Below, in pieces: positions 1 through 8,902 of a stretch of DNA of 20,000 nt. Under the pieces are notes generated by a model. The model did not search any database. It saw nothing but the letters and a program-made list of their open reading frames with translations, and was not told the DNA's origin. This stretch comes from Neolecta irregularis DAH-3 (taxonomy: Eukaryota). The stretch's first letter is position 1. Each line of letters opens with the position of its first letter. A program made the translations under genes and the position numbers. Where the stretch lies: contig LXFE01000206.1 of the NCBI GenBank assembly GCA_001929475.1, forward strand, positions 50,369 to 70,368, written 5' to 3'.

Positions 1-1298
1 TGGTGTTTGCATTTCCTCGACTAGTTGTTGCAAAAACCACTTCGATCCAGTGCCGACATCTGCATTTGTGTTTTCTGTTGTAGACGTTCTAGACGACGAT
101 ATTCTAGCTTCCGGAATTTCAAGAGTATGGGAGATCATTCGAAGATCCTTGGCTTCTCTACACCGCGGTCTTTTGAATTTGCGAGATGGTTCTGCTGCTT
201 GGGAGGAAGACTCATGCACGGAGTCCATAATCTTGCGTTTCCTTGAAGAAGAAGGCCGGTCGGCTTCAAGTTTTGCTTCTTCAAACATCTTCCATGCATC
301 ATCTTGAACAACTTCTTCAGTGCTCTTCGGTAATGGTGGCGATTCGGTTGGAGTGGGAAGAACCGTATTGGTGGTGCTATAAAATCTTCTTCCCATATTG
401 CGCTCGCTAGCTTGAACACGAGCCTCCCAGATCCGCCTTTCCTGTTCCCTTTGGCGGCGTAGTTGTCGTGAGGCAGCCGTATCTTCTTGTGATTCTTCAA
501 AGTCTTCCAGTAGCATGACTCTAGCGAGCGCCCGATCTCGCATGATTTGCCAATGTTCACGTTCCAATCGAATAAAAGCAGCTCCGCGTGGGGGAGCTTC
601 CACTTGATTATGATTCAGTTGTCTTTGACGGTACTCTTCTATCTGCGCAGATTCGGCGTGCTGTTCAGCTCTTCTCTGAGCAGCACCCATATCAGTACAA
701 GCCGGACAGAACCAATTTAACGGATCGACATCCTCATGGATATTTAGGCAGTGAACGTGGTACGTATGTTCGCATTCCTCGCAAATTAAAATATCATCCT
801 CTTGTTCCCTTGTAAGTTGGCCACATTGATGACAACGTTGGGTCTGACGAAAAGCAGATGTATCAACGTTCTTTGGGATATCGCCAACAGGAAAGAAATA
901 ATCTATAAAGCCTGTGAACATCAGAATGAATATTTCCGCATTATGGATATTTACCGTGGACCACTTTCGATACATCAACACGCTGGAAGGCCTGACGACA
1001 CAAAGGGCAAGTATTGGCGACCTGACCACATCAGTTAGTGAAAGAATCATTCTAATGAGGACGATTACCATCAACCATTCCGACAAACAAGAAAGATGAA
1101 ACTATCCGGCCGGTCAGATAAGCCGACATGTACAGTAAAGGTGAATAATACCATATGAGGACAAGAATTTAAATGTGCAATTTCATGCGTTTCTACTGAA
1201 TTTATATTTCCGGATTCTTCTTCCGAGGAGATCGGCATTAAATAATCCAGTGTATTCATACATATAATACACTCATCTGGTATACGTGCAGACTCCAT
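1..1298 (-). CDS. RING and PHD finger protein (PHRF1/Asr1-like putative E3 ligase), 3' end runs off the window
   Basis: Exons 1298-1152, 1101-1069, 1021-955, 911-<1; GT-AG introns of 50, 47 and 43 nt. The spliced product has a RING-H2 (CIIC...CPHMFHLSCLSEWLMVANTCPLCR) followed by a PHD finger (CHQC...ILICEECEHTYHVHCL...WFCPAC). The frame stays open to position 1. Confidence 0.88.
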
Positions 1299-1377
1299 GA
1301 TTGTGGTATAGATAACGCAAGGGGACTGGGAAAGTTCGAAGGGTTGATAGATGGTGAGTAGGCGGGGGGGCTTCTGC

Positions 1378-1385
1378 TATTTATA
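1378..1385 (-). promoter_or_regulatory. TATA box (TATAAATA) upstream of the RING-PHD gene
   Basis: TATTTATA on the + strand reads TATAAATA on the - strand, about 80 nt upstream of the ATG at 1298. Confidence 0.5.
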
Positions 1386-1946
1386 CACCTTTGCACCCTA
1401 ATTTGCGGCGTTTGCACTACCCCTTTGGATCATAGGCAATACGCTTATTCTAGCTCTAGACTGAGATTCACTCCTTTATTGTTAAGAAAACTTCTATCAT
1501 TCAGTTCGATCCGAATTCAAGGAACCGTATGGATGGTTGGAATTGAGAATGACAAATCGGAGTTTTCCTTGTAAAACACCTTTGAAATATATGTTTTCAG
1601 CAGAATATGTTTGCCTCCTCATACTATGGATCTGCGGTAAAAGTTAACGCTGCGCAATGACTTTGCGGATCTATTTATAGCTGTTTACATTTGGGAGAAG
1701 GAGTGGTTCTCAAATGAAACTTTGTGAACATCGCTCCAGCTGTTCCCAGTGTTCAGCACAGTGAATACTGTTTATAATCCACTCGCTGATTTGGAATCTG
1801 TAGCTCTGTCGATAATGAAACCATGATCAAGTTAGCTGATCAAGGAAATCATCTCAAAGGTCTGATATCCAGGAAGAGACTGGACTTCGAAAGTGAATTC
1901 AGCGAGACATATTAATGCCACCACCACCACTACCTTCAATAACCCC

Positions 1947-3990
1947 ATGACAAAAAAGCTATCCGATCTTCTATCCCAGTTATCTCTTGCCAGATCAGCT
2001 GATAGTCATGAAAAAGTCCTTCAACTTGCCGAGTCAATTCTCGCACAAAAACCTGAGGACCAAGTAGCGCTAAAAGCAAAAGTTACCGCTTTGATCAAAT
2101 TGGATAAATATGAAGCAGCGATGCCTCTAACGGAACGCATATCGGGCCCAGCTGGGAAGCTCTTCAAAGGCTACTGCCTTTATCGACTGGGTAGAAGTGA
2201 GGACTTGGAAGCGATTGAAGGGCCAGGACGAGGTTTACTCCACGTCAAAGCTCAGATGGTATCGCCAAGGATGTTAAACGTAGACTCACAAGTAGGCATA
2301 CAAAGCCGAAAGCTTTGAAAAGGCATCTGCAATATACGCTCAATTGATAGCAGGAAAAGCCGAAGTATTTCTTTCTTATGAATTAATTATTAACCTTCAG
2401 GTTTCGAACGAAGACTCTGATCTTGCTATCAACTCAAAAGCAACTATTGCTAACCTGGCCTGGAATCACAAGTCAATCACGAAATTTCCAACTCTTTCGG
2501 AGCCATCAGTTAGTCATGAAGATCTCTTTAATCAAGCATGTCTGCACATCGCCCAAAACAGCTTCCAATCTGCAAGGGTGCTTCTTGATAAAGCTAAGGG
2601 TATGTATTATTATACTGGACTCTATCATTGACTTGGAGATCTGTGCCAGAGACTCGATTTCGATCTGTCTGACATGAAAACAGAACTAGCTCCCATCAAC
2701 TCACAAATTGCATATGTGAATCAGATTCTTGGCAGTCATGCAGAAAGCCTAGCCGGTTATGATGCAGTACTACAAGACGAGTGCATCTCTTTGAAGAACT
2801 TGAAACTTAGTGTATAGATCGTTAGACTCAACTACAGAAGCAATCATCAGTAACAACAAACTAGCATCACAAGGTTCAGAAAACCCATATCTCGCATTCC
2901 GGTTATTTGAGCGCGAAAAGACGACATTTCCAGATCTCAAACTCTCCTGTTTTCAGTCCCATCTTTTTCAAAGAAATGAACTTGCGGTCAAACTGCAAGC
3001 TGGACGAACTCGACTAGCGAAAAACGCAGCTAACAGATTTCAGCACTCGGAAGACATGGCCATGGTCATAAGCATCTTAAAGATGCATAAACCTTCACAA
3101 GCCATCAAATCTTTGGATCAAATTTTGGAAAAAGAACCTGGCAATATTTTTGTCGCTCTCGCGGCCATCCAGTTAAAATTACAATATAAAAAACGGATGA
3201 ACGCTGTCTCAACGCTGGAAAGACTATTGTGCACCCTCACAGATGACCAGAAATATATTCCCGGACTTGTGGGATTAGCCGTTGCATTGTACGACAAAAT
3301 TGGGAATAGAGTTGCTTCTCTAGATATTTTGGAAAAGGCGCGACGCTTTTGGGTCGGAAAAAATGTAAGCTCACTTGTATTTGAGATATGCATTAGCTGA
3401 TATTTTTCAAGTCAGGCGAGCATCTAGACCTGATTCAATATGCCGGACTTGTCAAACTAAATGAAGCGATTTCGTTCGGCAACAAAGAAGATGCCCAAGC
3501 TATCGCTTCGAATTTTAAATCACTAGCTAGACTCATCCCAGGCGATCAGCGTGCAATAGCAGGACTTGTTGCAGTATATTCATTTCTTGATCCTAAACGC
3601 ACTTTACAGTACGTCGAGGGATTACCGCCCGTTGAATCATTTACTCGGGATATAGATGTTGAAGAACTCGAAAAGGCTGGCGTACCTCTCAGCGAATCGC
3701 ATAAACGACCAGCCGAATCTTGTACTTTTGAATCTGAGAAGAAAAAGAAAAAGAAAAGAAAGCCATTGTTGCCCAAAAACCTTGATCCGTCAAAGGAAAT
3801 TGACCCGGAAAGATGGCTACCGAAGCGCGAACGAAGTTCTTATTATTCCAAGGGTAAGAAGACCAAACGAAATGGCCCGGGCGGAGCTACTCAAGGTGGA
3901 CCTGTTGAATCTTCAGGTTTACAGTTGGCTCCTTCTGTTGTATTGTCTGGAGGAAGCATTAAGAATAAGAAAAAAAAAGGACGGAAGTGA
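1947..3990 (+). CDS. SRP72: Signal recognition particle subunit SRP72
   Basis: Exons 1947-2258, 2296-2364, 2401-2599, 2639-2780, 2818-3364, 3412-3990 (615 aa). TPR-like N-terminus (ALKAKVTALIKLDKYEAA...FKGYCLYRLG) and the SRP72 RNA-binding signature KKKRKPLLPKNLDPSKEIDPERWLPKRERSSY. Confidence 0.95.
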
Positions 3991-4036
3991 GAGACTTGAT
4001 GAACATTGTTTATAATACAAAGACGTGCATAGTAGA

Positions 4037-4720
4037 TCAAAACAGAGTATCTTCGTCTCTTAGATATTCGCCGACATCTGCTTGATGAAATGCGGCGATT
4101 GCTGTAGGTTCAATTTTTCTAGAGTCTGCTGTTGATCGAGCAGTGACTCCAATTCCCTGGATATTAGTCAGTTTCTCGTATATATGTTACTAACCAATGG
4201 AGAATCATTCATGTTATAAATCACTACTCCTTGATGTTCAGGTGTGTCATCACTTATTCGCCCGATATGGGCTTTCAAGATGTGATTTCCATAGAGGAAA
4301 GGCATTTCTCCATTTGGTTTAACCCAAATCTTGTATTTTGCATAAGGTGATATCACATCAAGAGCTGTAATATGGATTTTGAACTTCCCACTCTTGGTGA
4401 ATTTACCAATACACGTTCCTAGTGAAAGAAGATTTGCTCGAGCAACGGCGGTTGCGACTTTCATGATGCGCTCGCTGTTATTAACTGGGTTCTGAAAGAG
4501 ACGCATACGAGACGTAGTATACGCGATCTTTCTGGAGACGGAAACAATGGGGATCATCTGGCCTATCGATAAGGTGGGTGATATTCCGTCCAATACTTTG
4601 GCATTAGATCGATATTAGGTAGACATACTATTGTGCAAGCTTTGTGAATAAAGTTTTGGTTTCTAAATTGTCAAATTATATCCCGAATAAACTCGAACCT
4701 TCTTCCGTCAAAGACCTCAT
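4037..4720 (-). CDS. NIP7: 60S ribosome biogenesis factor Nip7 (PUA domain)
   Basis: Exons 4720-4699, 4662-4629, 4595-4509, 4474-4195, 4156-4037 give 180 aa: [21 protein letters not shown]...[23 protein letters not shown]...[18 protein letters not shown]...[16 protein letters not shown]. Confidence 0.97.
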
Positions 4721-4818
4721 GGTGGTTGCAGTTATCTTACCTCTACAAAAAATATCTACCCGGAAAAAAATGTGTCGGGAGTCTTTCCACTTTGTAAACT
4801 CCACCATAAAAGAATCTT

Positions 4819-6497
4819 ATGACAACAGAAGATGAACTAATATCTCGCTCAATAGCGTCTGAAAATGTTATCCCGCCTGTTCAACAGCCTGAAGCGACTA
4901 CTTCTTCTCAGGGTCTACACGATGCCTCCATCAATTCCGGCTTTCCAGGCTCTACAAGCGAGGAATCCAAAAAACGAAAGCCCAGCGGTCGAGACAACTG
5001 GGTAAAAAACTGGGACCAGAAGAGAACAAAGAGAGAAGATTATGGCATTCCGAGAGAACCACGGCGACCAAAGAAAAAAGTCGCTTGTTTGATCGGATAC
5101 TGCGGAACTGGGTATCATGGGATGCAACTCAATCCCCCAAATCGAACAATCGAGGGGGATTTATTTGATGCCTTCGTTAAAGCTGGTGCGATTTCAAAAG
5201 ATAATTCCGACGATCCGAGGAAGGTGATCTTGCAATTACTGATAACAACATTAAACGTTTTAGTCTTCCTTACAAAGATCTGCCCGTACGGACAAAGGTG
5301 TACATGCCGCTGGGAATCTGATTTCACTCAAATTGATTGTTGAGGATGCTGACATTCTGGAAAAAATCAATTCTTATCTTCCAGCGACAATTCGACTGTG
5401 GGGCTTTACCCCATCAATCCGCTCATTCAATTGCCACACAAACTGCGATTCTCGAGTATATGAATATCTGTTACCTTCACACTCATTTCTTCCTCCAAGA
5501 CCAACCTCAACCTTTGCTCAGTTTATTATTTCACAAAACAAAGATGCCGGAAAACCGATTCAGAATTGGGGTGGACACGACACAAGTCAGTTCTGGGACC
5601 AGGTCGATGTAAAGATTCTTCAGATAAGTGAGGAAGAGATAGCAGCAGAAGAAGCGCGTATCCAGTCCGCTGTGGAAGAGCACGGAACACAAACCCATCA
5701 AGTCAATGCTAGAGAGCGGATAATTCGGAAGCTTGAAATGAAAGAGAAAAGGACCTTTCGCATAACCCCTGAACGAATGCAAATTGTTCGTGATGGTTTC
5801 TCGCAGTACCTGGGTTCGCATAATTTTCATAACTTCACCGTCGGGATGGAATATCGTAATGAAAGCGCCAGGAGATTTATGAAAAAGATTACTGTGTCTA
5901 TTTTATCCTATCAAGCTCTGACGATAGGTTTCTGATCCCCATAACATTGACGACACAGAATGGATTTCAGTCAAAATCCATGGGCAATCATTTATGCTCC
6001 ATCAAATTCGGAAAATGGTGGCCATGGTCGTCATGATAGTTCGTTCTGGTTGTCCTGAAAATCGAATTTCAGAAGCCTATAGGCCACCCAAGCTTGCTAT
6101 TCCAAAGGCACCGGGTCTCGGATTGCTTCTCGAGCGACCTATCTTCGAGGGATATAATAAAAAAGCAACTGATAACGGGCGAGAAAAGATCGACTTTGAT
6201 CAGCATGATGATCAAATAGAAGCCTTCAAGCAAAAGCATATTTACGATAAGATTTACGCGGAAGAAAAAAAGGAAAATATGTATGCCACTCGTTATATTT
6301 GGAGATCTGATTCTAGATTTCATATTTTTTTGTCTGGCCTAGATTCTTTCCCTGGATTTCCTTACTTGACCGCAAATGGGTTCCCAAGAACTATGGAAAC
6401 AAAAGCTGAAGAACTAACTCTGCCAGGAGCGGATGACGAAGAACAAGCCCAGGACGAGAGTGATTTGAAGAGACCCAGAGAAGAATTTGAAGGTTAA
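4819..6497 (+). CDS. PUS1: tRNA pseudouridine synthase 1 (TruA family)
   Basis: Exons 4819-5223, 5264-5893, 5928-6280, 6317-6497 (522 aa). Motifs [23 protein letters not shown] (catalytic Asp), [22 protein letters not shown] and [11 protein letters not shown]. Confidence 0.96.
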
Positions 6498-7374
6498 GAT
6501 TGAACCGAGTGATCCGAGGATTGTATTGTAAATCATAGAAAAACTAGGGTCAAATCAACAAACTGGGTTGACACCCCGTGACAGTCGCAGTCGGTCGCTA
6601 AAATATTTGCCACCTAATACTACCACAGTAGGGAAACCTCTCCTTTCAGGTCATGTTCAAAACAGCGCTGGCTTTTGCTGGATGTGGCATTAATCCGACA
6701 GCTTGAAAAGGGATCGTGACCCCAATTTATCATTGAAGAACTGTTAAACTGATTCGAATCTGTCGAAGCATCTATGCTTATTGGAATATATCAACACGGC
6801 TATCACGATTGGCAGAGAATATATTCTATCAAATCTCTGCAGATCCTTTATCTCCGAAAAGATGCGACGGCGGATATTACACAATTTAGGACTGAAGTTG
6901 TCCCTGACAAATGGTCATATTACATATCAGTATAAATCCCACGTGACTGTGGTCTCTTACCTTGCGATACATTACAATATTCCAACTGAATGGAGAATTC
7001 ACTGGACATTTGCCCAAATAGATAGGCCTGTTGAACTTGACTGAAGATAAGGGTGCAGGCTTTCATCTGATAACTGCGGAATTGAATTTATTCCAATATT
7101 TCTTGCACTTGTTTCAACGATTAATTCTTCATTTCTCGAGCAAGTATCATTATCCAGGTCCGCTTCCTTCTCTCGTTCACATGGAGCAAAGAGAATAATG
7201 CATTTTCCGACCTTCAGTTTGTCGACCGAATGGAAAATTAATTGGGAGTTGTTTGTCAGTCCGAGATATATGTTTATTTCCCCAGGTAATTTTAATGACC
7301 ACAAATAAAATTGATACTTTATAGTTGCATGAACCCTCTCAATTCCCAATACAAATACAATCCTCTTTCTCCAA

Positions 7375-8148
7375 TCAGAGACCCATTATTAATCCCGAAA
7401 TAAGAGTCAGACTGAGAAATAAGGGCCGGCGTAAACTAACAGATAGCGATGCAGTACTCTGTAGAGTCGGGTTGTCTTTCGATATTCCCTTTGAAGATCC
7501 AGCTTCGGGAGTAGCAGTAACCACGACTACCTTTGTAATCGTACGATGAGGATGTTGAAGATCGGGAACAGTGACCGTCTTGGTGATCACCTGTGATTGA
7601 GGTGCAGCTGTATCGCCATTGTTATCGTCATTCGTAGGGGCGCTCGGTTCAGTAATTGCAGGATTGTCATTGTTTTCGTTTGACGTTTTGTTGTCTTGAC
7701 CACCTTCGTGCCTTCCCGCAGATGAAACTTTATCGTCATTTAAACGGACGCTCGGTTCAATAGTGGGAAAACTGCCAATATTTTGGCTTGGCGATTTTTT
7801 TTCTTGGTTATCTTGATGCCTTCCCATTGTCGAATTATCTTGTCTCCTACCCAGACGAAAAAGTTTATCTATAACGACTTTATCTTGCATTTCATAATAT
7901 CGGACAGCTGCTTGAACATTTTCGAAGACACCTTCCTGATACTTTGGAGATATTTCTGTTAGGGCTTGATGTATCTTCAACGTCGAATCAGATAAATTAT
8001 TAGTTCTAGCTTCCCGTACGGCTTCAGGAGCCATATTGTCCACAATCAAAGAAGCCACATAGAGCTTAGCATATACGGTGAAGAGAAGTATCAACATAGT
8101 CGTCAAGAGAACCAAGAAAGGAGCTATCGAAGACGAAATTAAGATCAT
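7375..8148 (-). CDS. Orphan secreted/cell-surface protein, putatively GPI-anchored
   Basis: Uninterrupted ORF; the start is either the ATG at 8148 (MILISS) or at 8097 (MLILLF). Hydrophobic N-terminus, Asn/Asp/Ser/Thr-rich middle, Thr/Val-rich segments (VITKTVTVP, TITKVVVVTATP) and a terminal hydrophobic tail (RRPLFLSLTLISGLIMGL*). No family recognised. Confidence 0.7.
   Translation of the reverse strand: MILISSSIAPFLVLLTTMLILLFTVYAKLYVASLIVDNMAPEAVREARTNNLSDSTLKIHQALTEISPKYQEGVFENVQAAVRYYEMQDKVVIDKLFRLGRRQDNSTMGRHQDNQEKKSPSQNIGSFPTIEPSVRLNDDKVSSAGRHEGGQDNKTSNENNDNPAITEPSAPTNDDNNGDTAAPQSQVITKTVTVPDLQHPHRTITKVVVVTATPEAGSSKGISKDNPTLQSTASLSVSLRRPLFLSLTLISGLIMGL
7622..7826 (-). repeat. Degenerate internal tandem duplication (~108 nt / 36 aa period) in the orphan protein
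   Basis: TTATCGTCATT...CGCTCGGTTCA occurs at 7622 and at 7730. At protein level GRHQDNQEK...PTIEPSVRLNDD matches GRHEGGQDNKT...AITEPSAPTNDD. Confidence 0.7.
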
Positions 8149-8902
8149 ATATATGTATTGTTCAAAAGAGGCGAAGACCGTGGTCAAACCTTCCGCCACG
8201 TTCTAGGATACTAGGCGAGCTATATCTGTTACAAGAAAAGAGAAGACATAATTAGTCTGCTTGGCCTTGAATTTTTTTTAGATTTCTGCATCATATTGAT
8301 TGGGTCGAGACCATTGGACGCATCTACTTCTGTTTAATTCTTGGTAATACAAATATAACATGACACATAGGAGTTGCGCAAACAGACTGATACCTAACAT
8401 TTACAACTACCTCTCTTTCAAGCCTCGCTTAGATAACTCCAGGAGAGATCATGAATAGGATACATTTAAATATTCTATCAAGTATGTTGAAAATGTTGTC
8501 AAGCTTCGTTTCAATGACGTGCGACACACCTTGTGGTATTTTGAAACCGGAAGGATTTCAAACGAGGCTTCCTCGACAACCACCTAGAAATACCTTTTCT
8601 CCGATTCCGCTCCCAGTTTAAATTGCAATTCCCATCTGCCGGTCGCGATCCGTGCCGCCTTAGAAGGCTATTAACAGCAAATTGCCAGTGGATCATTTGT
8701 GTTCCGACAGCAGTCGTCAAGTTCGTTTTCTTTGACTCTAAAAGGGATTCTTTGCGTGATCAGTGTCTTTGAACAGGACCGCAATAGCCACACTCACACC
8801 ATTGTTCCCGGTGTTCAAACCAGTCGAGATAATTTTCTTTTAAGAACGACTTGAGAGCCCGGAGGGCTTCAAACCCGTCTTGGACGGTGGCCCTCCCAAG
8901 GA

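Noticed and set aside
1455-1520. CTGAGATT resembling the TPP riboswitch core
   Set aside because: The downstream conserved TGATC...GATAAT...GCG segment is missing and there is no thiamine gene nearby.
1810-1870. Possible box C/D snoRNA (ATAATGA/ATGATCA ... CTGA ... CTGA)
   Set aside because: Box C is imperfect, the terminal stem is weak and I recognised no rRNA or snRNA complement.
8278-8400. 40-aa hydrophobic minus-strand ORF (MLGISLFAQLL...) as an upstream exon of the orphan gene
   Set aside because: I found no splice combination joining it in frame; a TAG lies just upstream of the main ORF. At most it is a uORF.
8545-8556. CCGGAAGGA resembling the SRP RNA helix-8 tetraloop
   Set aside because: The flanking conserved CAGG and AGCAG internal-loop motifs are absent.
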